Part shown: piece by piece, positions 52,301 to 63,066 of the stretch
Numbering within the stretch: the first letter of the stretch is position 1
Layout of the letters: the number at the start of each line of letters is the position of its first letter
Assembly: GCA_965227515.1 (NCBI GenBank)
Contig: CBDDFZ010000001.1
Location: 2,976,001-3,040,000 of the forward strand
Direction of reading: 5' to 3'
Origin: Alphaproteobacteria bacterium
Lineage (GTDB): Bacteria; Pseudomonadota; Alphaproteobacteria; CALKHQ01
Length of the DNA: 64,000 nucleotides
The notes under the pieces: model-generated
Seen by the model: the letters and a program-made list of their open reading frames with translations, nothing else
Databases searched by the model: none
What the model was told of the DNA's origin: nothing
Made by a program: the position numbers and the translations under genes

Positions 52301-54284
52301 GGTGCTGCCCGAGCTACAAATCCGCCACCTGCTGATCGCCAACCGTGGCGAGATCGCCTGCCGTATCGCGCGGACGGCGCGGGCAATGGGCGTGCGCACG
52401 ACGGCGATCCACTCCGACGCCGACAGCCGGGCACAGCATATGCGTGCCTGCGATGCGGCGATCTCCTTCGGCGGCACAGCGCCGGCGGAAAGCTATCTCG
52501 ATCAGGCCAAGGTGCTGGCGGCGGCACGCTCGGCCGGCGCCGATGCGATCCACCCCGGCTACGGCTTCCTGGCCGAGAATCCCGATTTCGCGGCGGCCTG
52601 CGCCGACGCCGGCATCGTTTTCGTCGGCCCGTCGCCCGCTTCGATGCGGCAACTGGCCGAGAAGGGGGAGGCGCGGCGCATCGCGGCGGCGGCCGGGGTG
52701 CCGGTGCTGGAGGGCTATGATGGCGACGACCAGTCCGACGCCGCGCTTGCCGAGGCGGCAGGCCGGATCGGCTATCCGCTGCTGATCAAGGCGACCGCCG
52801 GCGGTGGCGGGCGCGGCCATCGCGTGGTCGCGGTGCCGGCGGCGCTCGACGAGGCGCTGGCGGCCGCGCGGCGCGAAGCCAAGGCTGCGTTCGGCGACGA
52901 CCGGCTGCTGCTGGAGCGCCTGGTCAGGCCGGCCCGCCACATCGAGGTGCAGGTGGTCGGCGACAGCCACGGCAATGTCGTTCATCTGTTCGACCGCGAC
53001 TGCTCGGTGCAGCGCCGGCACCAGAAGCTGGTGGAGGAGGCGCCGGCCCCCAACCTGCCCGACGAGGTGCGCGCGGCCATGGCCGACGCAGCGGTCACCC
53101 TCGCCAAGGCGGTCGATTATGTCGGCGCCGGCACGGTGGAATTCCTGCTCGGTGAGGACGGCGCGTTCCACTTCATCGAGATGAACGCGCGCCTGCAGGT
53201 CGAACACACGGTGTCCGAGATGGTCACGGGCTTCGACCTGGTCGCGTGGCAACTCGCCATCGCGGGCGGCGCGCCGTTGCCCTGTGGCCAGGACGAGATT
53301 GTCCGGGCGGGCCACGCCATCCAGGTGCGGCTGAACGCGGAGGACCCGGCGCGCGATTTTCTGCCGGCGCCGGGGCCGATCGACGTGTTGCGCTGGCCAG
53401 CCACACAGACCGGGCTGCGGATCGATGCTGGCTATTGCGCGGGCGACACGGTTCCCCGTGCGTACGACTCCCTCGTCGCCAAGATGATCGCCCATGCCCA
53501 GGACCGCGCGGCGGCCATCGCGCTGATGGAGCGCGCGCTTGGCGGCACGCTGATCGGCCCATTGCCCACCACGGCGGCGTTCGCCCGCGCGGTACTGCGG
53601 ACGCCCGAGTTTGTCGATGGGGCCGTGGCTGTCGACATGATCGACACTGGCCAACTCGCCTGGGCGCCAGAAGGCCTCCCCGCACGGGCCGCCGCGCTCG
53701 CCGCCTGTGCTTGGCTCAACGACCCGGCGCCTGCCGAGACGCCCTGGCACCGGCGTGACGGGTGGCGACCGGCTGGGCGCGGGCGCGCGTACTTCACCAT
53801 GACGGTGGGCGGCACGCCCGTCGACCTGGCGGTGGCGTTTGCCGACGACGGCTATCGGGTCACCGTTGCGGACGAAGTTGTCGCCGTTCGTGTGCTGTCG
53901 TCCGACGATGCAACGCTGTGTGTCGCCCTGGACGGCGAAACCGTAGCCGCGCCGATCCAGCGCGACGGGCGCCATTGCTGGGTCGGCATCGACGGCCAGA
54001 CCTTCCATGTCGATCTGTTCGCCGACATCGAGGCAGGTGTGGCGTCTTCGGCAACCGACGGCACCTTGCGCGCGCCCTTGCCCGGCACGGTCATCGCGGT
54101 CCATGGCGCCGCCGGCGATGCGGTGGCCGGGGGCGATCCGCTGGTAGTGATGGAAGCGATGAAGATGGAGCACACCCTGCGCGCGCCGTTCCCAGGCGTT
54201 GTCGCCACGCTGGCGGTGGCGGCCGGCGACCAGGTGGCTTTGGGCGACGTGTTGGCGGTGGTGGAGGCGGCCGATGATGCTTAG
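52293..54284 (+). CDS. liuD: Methylcrotonyl-CoA carboxylase alpha (biotin carboxylase + biotin carrier)
   Basis: LIANRGEIA, HPGYGFL, RLQVEH, EAMKME. Confidence 0.92.
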   Translation: MPEVLPELQIRHLLIANRGEIACRIARTARAMGVRTTAIHSDADSRAQHMRACDAAISFGGTAPAESYLDQAKVLAAARSAGADAIHPGYGFLAENPDFAAACADAGIVFVGPSPASMRQLAEKGEARRIAAAAGVPVLEGYDGDDQSDAALAEAAGRIGYPLLIKATAGGGGRGHRVVAVPAALDEALAAARREAKAAFGDDRLLLERLVRPARHIEVQVVGDSHGNVVHLFDRDCSVQRRHQKLVEEAPAPNLPDEVRAAMADAAVTLAKAVDYVGAGTVEFLLGEDGAFHFIEMNARLQVEHTVSEMVTGFDLVAWQLAIAGGAPLPCGQDEIVRAGHAIQVRLNAEDPARDFLPAPGPIDVLRWPATQTGLRIDAGYCAGDTVPRAYDSLVAKMIAHAQDRAAAIALMERALGGTLIGPLPTTAAFARAVLRTPEFVDGAVAVDMIDTGQLAWAPEGLPARAAALAACAWLNDPAPAETPWHRRDGWRPAGRGRAYFTMTVGGTPVDLAVAFADDGYRVTVADEVVAVRVLSSDDATLCVALDGETVAAPIQRDGRHCWVGIDGQTFHVDLFADIEAGVASSATDGTLRAPLPGTVIAVHGAAGDAVAGGDPLVVMEAMKMEHTLRAPFPGVVATLAVAAGDQVALGDVLAVVEAADDA

Positions 54285-54294
54285 CGCGGGGCCT

Positions 54295-54375
54295 GTAGCC
54301 TGGGTGGAGCGAAGCGGAACCCGGGATTGCAGGTCTCGTTTGTCCCCGGGTTTCGTTTCACGCCACCCGGGCTAC
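54295..54375. repeat. GTAG-type REP pair
   Basis: GTAGCCTGGGTGGAGCGAAGCGGAACCCGGG..CCCGGGTTTCG..CCACCCGGGCTAC. Confidence 0.8.
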
Positions 54376-54389
54376 GCCTGTCGGTGGAC

Positions 54390-54824
54390 ATGACCAACCT
54401 GGTGAAACTGTGCGTCGGGGCGGAGAGCGTCGACGACCTGCGCCGGTCGGTGGCCCAACGGGCGCGCCGCGCCGCCGCCGAGGGCCTGCCGCGCGACTAC
54501 CCCCACGTCACCCGCAGCCGCCCGCGGCTGGCCGACGACATCATCGCCGGCAAGGGCTCGCTCTACTGGGTGGTCAAGGGCAGCATCGCCTGCCGCCAGC
54601 GCATCCTGTCGTTGACCCAGGTCGAGGACGAGGACGGCCGCCCGAAGTGCCGCATCGGCATGGCGCTGGAGGTGGTGGCGACCCGGCTCTACCCCATGCG
54701 CCCGTTCCAGGGCTGGCGCTACCTGCCCGACGACAAGTGCCCGCCGGATGCCTCCCAAGCCGACGTGGAGGACGCGATGCCGCCGGAGATGTCGGAAGAG
54801 CTGCGCCGATTGGGCCTGTTGTAA
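54390..54824 (+). CDS. DUF1489-family protein
   Basis: LVKLCVG, GSLYWVVKG, RPFQGWRYL. Confidence 0.88.
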   Translation: MTNLVKLCVGAESVDDLRRSVAQRARRAAAEGLPRDYPHVTRSRPRLADDIIAGKGSLYWVVKGSIACRQRILSLTQVEDEDGRPKCRIGMALEVVATRLYPMRPFQGWRYLPDDKCPPDASQADVEDAMPPEMSEELRRLGLL

Positions 54825-54854
54825 GAGCCGCCGCCACCGTAACCTGAAAGCACC

Positions 54855-57800
54855 ATGAGCGATTATGTCCTGAGGTCCGGCGACGACCGCCTGAAGGCCA
54901 GCGACAGCCGGTCAGCTTTGCGCGCCGCCCATCGCTGCCCGGAGGACGAGGCGGCGGCGGGGCTGCTCGGCCGGCTCGACCTCTCGGTGAAGGATCGACA
55001 GGCCATTGCCCGGCGGGCCACCGAACTGGTGCAGGCGGTGCGGGCCGAGCGCAGCCGTTTCGGCGGGCTCGACGCCTTCTTGCAGGAGTTCGGCCTCGAC
55101 ACCGCTGAGGGCGTGGTCCTGATGTGCCTGGCGGAATCCCTGCTGCGGGTGCCCGACGCCGGCACCGTCGACGAGCTGATCCGGGACAAGCTGGCCGACG
55201 GCGACTGGGCGCGGCATGTCGGCAAGAGCCCGTCCGCCCTGGTCAACGCCTCGTCCTGGGCACTGATGCTGAGCGGTCGGCTGCTGCGCGAGGACGAGCC
55301 CGACACCGGCGAACTGAGCCGCGCCATGCGCCGTCTGCTGCAACGCTCCGGCGAGCCGGTGATCCGCCAGGCGATGGTGCAGGCCATGCGCATCATGGGC
55401 CGGCACTTCGTGTTAGGCGAGACCATCGGCGCGGCGCTGAAGGAGGCGCGCGACGACGAGAAGCGCGGCTATCGCTATTCCTACGACATGCTCGGCGAGG
55501 CGGCGATGACCATGGCCGACGCCGACCGCTATCTGGCCTCCTACGCCGACGCCATCGCGCACATCGGCAAGGCGTCGAAGGGGCGCGGCCCCATCGACGG
55601 GCCCGGCGTCTCGGTGAAGCTGTCGGCGCTGCACCCGCGCTATGAGGAGGCGCAGGCCGACCGGGTGCACGCCGAGCTCTATCCCCGGCTGATGCAGCTT
55701 TGCGAGGCGGCAAGGGCGGCCGATATCGGTCTCTGCGTCGATGCGGAGGAAGCCGACCGGCTGGAGATCTCGCTCGACCTCATCGCACGCGCCGCCGCCG
55801 AGCCGTCGCTGAAGGGCTGGGCGGGCTTCGGGCTCGCCGTCCAGGCCTACCAGAAGCGCGCCATCCACGTCATCGACTGGCTGGCCGAGCTGTCGCGGTC
55901 CACTGGCCGGCGGCTGATGGTCCGCCTGGTCAAGGGCGCCTATTGGGACACCGAGATCAAGCACGCCCAGGTCGAGGGGCTGAGCGGTTATCCGGTGTTC
56001 ACCCGCAAGCGCACCACCGATGTGTCGTGGCTGACCTGCGCCCAGACCATGCTGGCCGAGGACGATGCGTTCTATCCGCAGTTCGCCACCCACAACGCGC
56101 ATTCCGTCGCCGCGATCCTGACCATGGCGAAGGCGCGCGGCACTGCCGCGTTCGAGTTCCAGCGCCTGCATGGCATGGGCGAGGGGCTCTATGAGGCGGT
56201 GACAGAACGCGGCCCGGAGGACGAGCGCGTGCCTTGCCGCATCTACGCGCCGGTGGGCGGCCACCGCGAGCTGCTGGCCTATCTCGTCCGCCGGCTGCTG
56301 GAGAACGGGGCCAATACCTCGTTCGTCAACCGGCTGGCCGATGAGGAACTGCCGATCGAGGAAGTGGTGGGAGACCCGATCCGCCGGTTGAAGGAGAGCG
56401 ACCCCGTCGCCAACCCGCAGATCGTGCGCCCGCCGCAAATCTTCGGCGACGAGCGAACGAACTCGGCGGGCACCGACCTTGCCGGCCGCGATACGTTGCG
56501 CGCGCTGACCGACGCAATGGCCAAGCATGATGGCGGCTGGCACGCCGCACCGACAATCGAGGGCGTTACCGGCGACGCACGCGACGTGGTCGGGCCGGCC
56601 GACACCACTCGGGTCATCGGCAGCGTCATCGAGGCGACTGCCGATGCCGTGCCTGCGGCCATGGAAACCGCGACGGCCGGTTACCATGCCTGGAACGCGG
56701 CAACCGCCGAGCACCGCGCCGACTGCCTGGAGCGCGCCGCCGACCTCTACGAGGCGGAGACCGCGCGGCTGATGGCGATGTGCGTGCGTGAGGGCGGCAA
56801 GACCCTGCCCGACGCCGTCGCCGAGGTTCGCGAGGCGGTCGACTTCCTGCGCTACTACGCCGCCCAGGCCAGGCGGGAATTCGGCGCTGCGACCGTGCTG
56901 CCCGGCCCGACCGGCGAGACCAACACCTGGCGGCTCAGCGGGCGCGGTGTCTTCGTTTGCATCAGCCCGTGGAACTTCCCGCTGGCGATCTTCACCGGCC
57001 AGGTCGCGGCGGGGCTCGCCGCCGGCAACGCGGTGATCGCCAAGCCGGCCGAGCAGACCCCGCTGATCGCCGCCGCCGCCGTCGACCTGCTGCACAAGGC
57101 TGGCGTGCCGCGCGACGCGCTGATCCTGATGCCGGGGCAGGGCGCCGAGGTCGGCGCCGCATTGACCGCGCACGAGGGCATTGCCGGCGTGGCCTTCACC
57201 GGCTCGACCGAGACCGCGCGCGCGATCAACCGCACGCTGGCCGCACGCGACGGCCCCATCGTGCCGCTGATCGCGGAGACCGGCGGGCTCAACTGCATGA
57301 TCGTCGATTCAACTGCGCTGCCGGAGCAGGTGACGCGCGACGTGGTCACGTCGGCGTTCCGCAGCGCCGGCCAGCGCTGTTCGGCCCTGCGCGCGCTGTT
57401 CGTGCAGGCCGACGTGGCCGACCGCATGACCGCGATGATCGCGGGCGGGCTGGAGGAACTGGCGGTCGGCGATCCGGCATTCCTGGACACCGATGTCGGC
57501 CCGGTCATCGACGACGATGCTCATGCCATGCTCACCGCACATGCCGGGGCGATGCAGCGGATCGCCGCGCGAAGCTGGCAGTGTGCGCGCCTGACCGCCG
57601 ACGCCGAAGGGCGGTTCTTCATGCCGCGCGCGTTCGAGATCGAGCGGCTGGACCAGATCGGCGGCGAGAAGTTCGGCCCGATCCTGCACATCATCCGCTT
57701 TGCCGGCGACCGGCTGGATCAGGTGCTGGAACAGGTGCGCGCGACCGGCTTCGGGCTGACCTTCGGCCTGCACAGCCGTATCGACGAGCGTGCGGAGGAC

Positions 57801-58022
57801 ATCGCCGCCGCCCTGCCGGTGGGCAACATCTACGTCAATCGGTCGATGATCGGCGCCGTCGTGGGCGTGCAGCCATTCGGTGGCGAGGGGTTGTCGGGCA
57901 CCGGGCCAAAGGCCGGCGGCCCGCACTATCTGCACCGCTTCGCCACCGAGCGGGTGGTCAGTGTCGACACTACCGCGTCCGGCGGCAATGCCACCCTGCT
58001 GGCGATGGGCAGCGAGGGGTAG
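54855..58022 (+). CDS. putA: Bifunctional proline dehydrogenase / P5C dehydrogenase
   Basis: SYDMLGE, RLVKGAYWD, YLVRRLLENGAN, ISPWNFP, AGQRCSALR, GTGPKAGG. Confidence 0.97.
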   Translation: MSDYVLRSGDDRLKASDSRSALRAAHRCPEDEAAAGLLGRLDLSVKDRQAIARRATELVQAVRAERSRFGGLDAFLQEFGLDTAEGVVLMCLAESLLRVPDAGTVDELIRDKLADGDWARHVGKSPSALVNASSWALMLSGRLLREDEPDTGELSRAMRRLLQRSGEPVIRQAMVQAMRIMGRHFVLGETIGAALKEARDDEKRGYRYSYDMLGEAAMTMADADRYLASYADAIAHIGKASKGRGPIDGPGVSVKLSALHPRYEEAQADRVHAELYPRLMQLCEAARAADIGLCVDAEEADRLEISLDLIARAAAEPSLKGWAGFGLAVQAYQKRAIHVIDWLAELSRSTGRRLMVRLVKGAYWDTEIKHAQVEGLSGYPVFTRKRTTDVSWLTCAQTMLAEDDAFYPQFATHNAHSVAAILTMAKARGTAAFEFQRLHGMGEGLYEAVTERGPEDERVPCRIYAPVGGHRELLAYLVRRLLENGANTSFVNRLADEELPIEEVVGDPIRRLKESDPVANPQIVRPPQIFGDERTNSAGTDLAGRDTLRALTDAMAKHDGGWHAAPTIEGVTGDARDVVGPADTTRVIGSVIEATADAVPAAMETATAGYHAWNAATAEHRADCLERAADLYEAETARLMAMCVREGGKTLPDAVAEVREAVDFLRYYAAQARREFGAATVLPGPTGETNTWRLSGRGVFVCISPWNFPLAIFTGQVAAGLAAGNAVIAKPAEQTPLIAAAAVDLLHKAGVPRDALILMPGQGAEVGAALTAHEGIAGVAFTGSTETARAINRTLAARDGPIVPLIAETGGLNCMIVDSTALPEQVTRDVVTSAFRSAGQRCSALRALFVQADVADRMTAMIAGGLEELAVGDPAFLDTDVGPVIDDDAHAMLTAHAGAMQRIAARSWQCARLTADAEGRFFMPRAFEIERLDQIGGEKFGPILHIIRFAGDRLDQVLEQVRATGFGLTFGLHSRIDERAEDIAAALPVGNIYVNRSMIGAVVGVQPFGGEGLSGTGPKAGGPHYLHRFATERVVSVDTTASGGNATLLAMGSEG

Positions 58023-58067
58023 GGTCGCCTCGGTCCGCCCAACAACTCATTATTCAATGAGTACCGA

Positions 58068-58215
58068 ATTGCCCTCACCCTCCCGCAATCCTTCGGATTG
58101 CGGGGCCCTCCCTCTCCCAGGGGGAGAGGGTGTCGCGGCAATGCTGTCAATACCCTCTCCCTTTGGGAGAGGGAGGGACCCGGCCGGCTCAGCCGGACGG
58201 GAGGGTGAGGGCAAT
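58068..58215. repeat. Composite palindromic repeat (CCCTCTCCC..GGGAGAGGG type) between convergent genes
   Basis: Outer ATTGCCCTCACCCTCCCG / CGGGAGGGTGAGGGCAAT with internal hairpins. Confidence 0.8.
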
Positions 58216-58652
58216 CACCGCACCTTGGCGATGGTGTAGGTCGCCATCAGCTGCTCGCCGTAATAGGTCTCCAGGGTCGCCACGTTGTTGCTTACGGTGA
58301 GCACGCGGAAGAACGTGACCGGCAGCTGGCCGGTCGCAAAGGAGGTGACCTTCAGGTCGAAGCCCCAGGCCGTCTGCTCGCCCAGAACCTCGTAGGTCAG
58401 CGACCGCTCGCCCAACTCGACCACCACGTTGGCGTCGCCGAACACGATGCGGTCGGCGGCGGAGACATCGCTGACGCCGAGCGATTGCATCAGCGCGCGG
58501 GCGGACTCCACCGTCGCCGGGTCGATGCTGCCGTCGGCGATGATCCAGGTGCCGTCGGGGTGGGTCGACTGGGCGAGGGCGGGCTGCGGTGCGGCAATGG
58601 CGAGCCAGAGGCCGCCCAAGGCAATCAGCAGGGCTGAGAAACGTGGGCGCAT
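58215..58652 (-). CDS. Secreted hypothetical protein
   Basis: Signal peptide ALA; DGTW; beta-rich. Confidence 0.6.
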   Translation of the reverse strand: MRPRFSALLIALGGLWLAIAAPQPALAQSTHPDGTWIIADGSIDPATVESARALMQSLGVSDVSAADRIVFGDANVVVELGERSLTYEVLGEQTAWGFDLKVTSFATGQLPVTFFRVLTVSNNVATLETYYGEQLMATYTIAKVR

Positions 58653-58705
58653 GGCCCGATATATGCCGCAGCCGGCGGCGGAAAGTCCACCTGTGCGAGG
58701 CGCGA

Positions 58706-59755
58706 TTACGCTGCCAGACGCTGCTCGGCCAGTTGGTCGGCGGCGTCGGCGGTGGTCTCGTCGCGGTCGCGCGCGGCGGCGAAGATCTCCAGCAGCGTGT
58801 CGTGAATGTCGGCGACCTGGCGCAGCGCCGCCCCACGATCATAGGGCTTGCCGGTGTGCCACGGCTCGTGCGCGATGTTGATGATGCCGCCGGCGTTGAT
58901 CACGTAGTCCGGGGCGTAGAGGATGCCGCGCCTGGCCAACTCGGCGCCGTGGCGCGCCTCGGAAAGCTGGTTGTTGGCGGAGCCGGCGACCACGGTTGCG
59001 CGGATCTCGTCGACCGTGGTGTCGTTGATCACCGCACCCAGGGCGCAGGGCGCATAGACGTCGACATCGGCGGCATGGATGCGATCGGCCGAGGTCGTGC
59101 GCGCGCCGAAGCTTGAAACGGCCTGGGAGACCGCGTCGGGGTTGATGTCGGCGACCGTCAGGTCGGCGCCGTCCTCGGCCAGATAGCCGCACAGATTGCG
59201 GCCGACATTGCCCAGGCCCTGCACCGCGACCCGCACGCCGTCCAGGCTGTTGCGGCGCTGGCGGAAGGCGACCGCGGCGCGAATGCCCATGTAGACGCCA
59301 TAGGCGGTGGCGGGCGAGGGATCGCCGCCTTGGCCGGGCAAGCCGGCGACGTGGCTGGTGCGGGTGGCCATCTCTGTGACGTCTGCGGTGCCGACGCCCA
59401 CATCCTCGGCAACGATGTAGCGGCCGCCCAGGCGCTCCACCGCGCTGCCCATGGCGCGCATCAACTCCGGCGACTTGTCGGCCTTCGCGTTGCCGATGAT
59501 CACGGACTTGCCGCCACCGAATTTCAGGCCGGCCAGCGCGGACTTGTAAGTCATGCCCTGGCTCAGCCGCAGCGCGTCGGTCACCGCCTCCGCCTCGCTG
59601 GCGTAGGCCCACATGCGGCAACCGCCCAGTGCCGGGCCGAGCGTCGTGTCATGAATGGCGATGATCGCCTTCAACCCGGTCGCCGGGTCGTGATGGAAGG
59701 AAACGTGTTCGTGTCCGCGAAACGCGGCGTTCTCGAAGACCGACATGGACGTCAT
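58706..59755 (-). CDS. Glu/Leu/Phe/Val dehydrogenase (probably leucine dehydrogenase)
   Basis: GPALGGCR, GMTYK, GGGKSV, VQGLGNVG, GSANNQL, PDYVINAGG. Confidence 0.92.
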   Translation of the reverse strand: MTSMSVFENAAFRGHEHVSFHHDPATGLKAIIAIHDTTLGPALGGCRMWAYASEAEAVTDALRLSQGMTYKSALAGLKFGGGKSVIIGNAKADKSPELMRAMGSAVERLGGRYIVAEDVGVGTADVTEMATRTSHVAGLPGQGGDPSPATAYGVYMGIRAAVAFRQRRNSLDGVRVAVQGLGNVGRNLCGYLAEDGADLTVADINPDAVSQAVSSFGARTTSADRIHAADVDVYAPCALGAVINDTTVDEIRATVVAGSANNQLSEARHGAELARRGILYAPDYVINAGGIINIAHEPWHTGKPYDRGAALRQVADIHDTLLEIFAAARDRDETTADAADQLAEQRLAA

Positions 59756-60069
59756 CTCCTGCGCGATGTCCGACCGGTGAAGCCCGTTAGATATTGGGTT
59801 TGTCGGGTTGGCCTGCGACAGGGTTCACGCCCCATGGTCAATATTCGATAAATCCGGACGCGGAATTGTTCCGAAACGCAACAATCTGGCGTCGGTTGTG
59901 CCTGTGCCTTGCCCTTCGTTGCGGCGTTCACGGAAATTTGGTCGGGCCGAAGAGTGCGAACATTGCCCATCCGGCCATTCCCAATGCATCGGCCAGAGGT
60001 TAAGAATGGCGGCCCATTCGGCCTGGCGACGCAGCCAAGCCGCTCCACCCATCACTCGAGGTTCGCGCC

Positions 60070-61014
60070 ATGGCCGCACAGAAGATCATCATCGATTGCG
60101 ACCCCGGCCAGGACGACGCCGTCGCCCTGTTGCTGGCGTTGGCCAACCCGGATGCGCTGGAGATACTGGGCATCACAGTGGTCGGCGGCAACGTGCCGCT
60201 AGAGCTGACCTACAAGAACGCGCGCAAGGTCGTTGAGCTGTCCGGCCGGAACGACTTCCCGGTGCTGGCCGGGTGCGCCCGGCCGTTCGTGGGCAAGCTG
60301 GTGACGGCGGAGGAGGTGCACGGCGAGACCGGGCTGGACGGCACCGACCTGCCGGAGCCCGCGGCACCGCAGCCCGACACCCACGGCGTCGACTTCCTCA
60401 TCCAGACCCTGCGCGCGGCCCAGGACAACGAGATCGTGCTGGTGCCGACCGGCCCGTGCACCAACATCGCGGTGGCGCTGGCGTCCGCGCCCGACATCGC
60501 GGCCAAGATCAAGCACATCGTGCTGATGGGCGGCGCCTGCTGGGAGGGCGGCAACACCACGCCGGCCGCCGAGTTCAACGTCTATGTCGACCCGGAGGCG
60601 GCGAAGGCGGTGTTTGCCTGCGGCCGCCCGATCACGGTGCTGAGCCTGGACGTCACCCACAAGGCGCTGTCGACCAAGGCGCGGCGCGATGCCATCGCCG
60701 AGATCCCGACCCGCTCGGCCGACCAGGTCGCCAAGATGCTGGGCTTCTACAACCGGTTCGACGAGGGCAAGTACGGCAGCGACGGCGGCCCGGTGCACGA
60801 TGCCTGCTGCATCGCCTATCTGCTGAAGCCCGACCTGTTCTCGGGCAAGCAGGTGCATGTGGACGTGGAGACCGCCGGCCAGCTCACCCGCGGCATGACG
60901 GTGGTCGACTGGTGGGGCGTCACAGGCAACGCGCCGAACGCGCTGTGGCTGAACGAGGTCGACGACCAGGGCTTCTTCGACCTGATCAACGACGCGCTGG
61001 CGAAGTTGCCTTAG
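60070..61014 (+). CDS. Nucleoside hydrolase (IUNH family)
   Basis: IIDCDPGQDDA, AEFNVYVDPEAA, PVHD. Confidence 0.93.
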   Translation: MAAQKIIIDCDPGQDDAVALLLALANPDALEILGITVVGGNVPLELTYKNARKVVELSGRNDFPVLAGCARPFVGKLVTAEEVHGETGLDGTDLPEPAAPQPDTHGVDFLIQTLRAAQDNEIVLVPTGPCTNIAVALASAPDIAAKIKHIVLMGGACWEGGNTTPAAEFNVYVDPEAAKAVFACGRPITVLSLDVTHKALSTKARRDAIAEIPTRSADQVAKMLGFYNRFDEGKYGSDGGPVHDACCIAYLLKPDLFSGKQVHVDVETAGQLTRGMTVVDWWGVTGNAPNALWLNEVDDQGFFDLINDALAKLP

Positions 61015-61033
61015 GGTCTAACCATCGCTTTGC

Positions 61034-61121
61034 CGTCATGCCCGCACTTGTTGCGGGCATCCACGTCTTTGGGTCAGCCGATGACAAGTCGTGGATGGTC
61101 GGGACAAGCCCGACCATGACG
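61034..61121. repeat. CGTC-type REP element
   Basis: CGTCATGCCCGCACTTGTTGCGGGCATCCAC..GTGGATGGTCGGGACAAGCCCGACCATGACG. Confidence 0.82.
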
Positions 61122-61143
61122 TATGAGATTGGTCAAACGCCCC

Positions 61144-62055
61144 CTACTTCTCCGTCTCGACCAGGCCGCGGACGAACAGGCGCTGCATCGCCAGGATGAT
61201 GATCATCGGCGGCAGCATCGCCAGGATGGTCACGGCGGTGACCAGCGGCCACGGCGTCTCGGCGTCGCCCACATCGAGCATGCGTTTGATCGAGATGACG
61301 ATGGGGTACATGTTCTCGTCGTCGACGACGAGCAGCGGCCAGAGGTACTGGTTCCAGCCGTAGATGAACAGGATGACGAAGAGTGCCGCGATGTTGGTGC
61401 GCGCCAGCGGCAGCAGGATGTCCCAGAAGAACTTCAGCGGCCCGGCGCCGTCGATGCGCGATGCCTCGACCAGCTCGCCCGGTATCGTCATGAAGAACTG
61501 TCGGAACAGGAACGTGGCGGTGGCGGACGCGATGAGCGGCACGATCAACCCGCCCCATGTATTCACCATGTCGAGATTGGCCACGACCTCGAACGTTGGG
61601 TTGATGCGCACCTCCACCGGCAGCATCAGCGTGATGAAGATCAGCCAGAAACAGACCATCCGTCCCGGGAAGCGGAAATAGACGATGGCGAATGCAGACA
61701 GGATCGAGATCACGATCTTGCCGATGGTGATGCCCAGCGCCATGACGGTCGAGACGAACAGCATGCGCCACGCCGGCAGCCCGCCGACGGCCTCCAGTCC
61801 GTCGGAGAACACGGTGCCGTAGTTCTCCAACAGGTTGCCGCCGGGCAGTACCGGCAGCGTGCCCTGGGTCACGGCTTTGGCGTCGTGGGTCGACACCACG
61901 AACGTGATGTAGATGGGAAACAGGATGATGACGATGCCGACCGCAAGCACGGCATAGGCGACCATGATGCGGTTGCGCGCCTTGCGCGCCAGCTTGCGGC
62001 GCGGTTTGGTCGGGACGGATGTGCTCGCGGACGGGGGCACGGTCGTTGCGGTCAT
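61144..62055 (-). CDS. ugpE: sn-glycerol-3-phosphate ABC permease
   Basis: MLPVEVRI, ASATATFLFRQFF, FIYGWNQYLWP, GLVETEK. Confidence 0.92.
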   Translation of the reverse strand: MTATTVPPSASTSVPTKPRRKLARKARNRIMVAYAVLAVGIVIILFPIYITFVVSTHDAKAVTQGTLPVLPGGNLLENYGTVFSDGLEAVGGLPAWRMLFVSTVMALGITIGKIVISILSAFAIVYFRFPGRMVCFWLIFITLMLPVEVRINPTFEVVANLDMVNTWGGLIVPLIASATATFLFRQFFMTIPGELVEASRIDGAGPLKFFWDILLPLARTNIAALFVILFIYGWNQYLWPLLVVDDENMYPIVISIKRMLDVGDAETPWPLVTAVTILAMLPPMIIILAMQRLFVRGLVETEK

Positions 62056-62945
62056 CAGTAGTGCACCCGGCGTTCGATGTACTTGAACTGAATGGTGGTC
62101 AGGCCGATCACGATGATCATCAGCACCACCGACTGCGCGGCCGACCCGCCATAGTCATGTGCCTGAATGGCGTCGTACCAGACCTTGTAAACCAGCGTCT
62201 TGGTTGCACCGGGGGAACCTGGGCCGCCATCGGTGACCGCGTGGATGATGCCGAAGGTGTCGAAGAACGCGTAGACGATGTTGACCACCAGCAGGAAGAA
62301 CGTGGTCGGCGACAGCAGTGGAAACACGATCGTCCAGAACCGCTTGACCGGCCCGGCGCTGTCGATCGCCGCGGCTTCCAGCAACGAACTCGGAATGGCC
62401 TGCAGCCCCGCCAGGAAGAACAGGAAATTGTAGCTGATCTGCTTCCAGGCCGCGGCAATGATGACCAGCAGCAGGGCCTGGTCGCCGTTCACGCGGTAGT
62501 TCCAGTCGATCCCGACGCTTTCGATACCGGAAGCGACGATGCCGAAGACCGGGTGAAACAGAAACACCCAGATTGCGCCCGCGACGGCGGGTGCGACCGC
62601 GTAGGGCCAGATCAGGAGACCGCGGATGATCGACCCGCCGCGGATCAGCCTGTCCGCCATCACCGCCAGCAGCAGGGCGAAGCCCATCGCAAGGACAGTG
62701 ACCGCGATGGCGAAGACGAAGGTTGTCGTCAGGCTGTGCAGGTATTCCTGGTCGGTGAAGATATTGATGAAGTTATCGAACCAGACGAACCGCTGCTCGC
62801 CGGTGAAGGAATTGGTCACGCGAAAGGCGGACCCATAGATGGCCTGCCCGGCCGGGTAGAGAAAGAACACGGCCGTGATCGCAAGCTGGGGCAGGACCAG
62901 CAGGTAGGGCAGCGTTCTGCTGCGAAAGACGACTTGGGCTTGCAT
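62055..62945 (-). CDS. ugpA: sn-glycerol-3-phosphate ABC permease
   Basis: WKQISYNFLFFLAGLQ, EAA, YAFFDTFG, ERRVHY. Confidence 0.92.
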   Translation of the reverse strand: MQAQVVFRSRTLPYLLVLPQLAITAVFFLYPAGQAIYGSAFRVTNSFTGEQRFVWFDNFINIFTDQEYLHSLTTTFVFAIAVTVLAMGFALLLAVMADRLIRGGSIIRGLLIWPYAVAPAVAGAIWVFLFHPVFGIVASGIESVGIDWNYRVNGDQALLLVIIAAAWKQISYNFLFFLAGLQAIPSSLLEAAAIDSAGPVKRFWTIVFPLLSPTTFFLLVVNIVYAFFDTFGIIHAVTDGGPGSPGATKTLVYKVWYDAIQAHDYGGSAAQSVVLMIIVIGLTTIQFKYIERRVHY

Positions 62946-62974
62946 GCGTCGGCAACGCTGAGATTGGGGCGGGC

Positions 62975-63052
62975 CTAGTGGAATGAAATTGACATTTGAA
63001 CATCGACTGCAGCGCGCAACCGATCAAATGTCAATTTCGAAAATTCCACTAG
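62975..63052. repeat. CTAG-flanked palindromic miniature element 1
   Basis: CTAGTGGAATGAAATTGACATTTGA..TCAAATGTCAATTTC..ATTCCACTAG. Confidence 0.8.
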
Positions 63053-63066
63053 AAGACAATCGCTTG

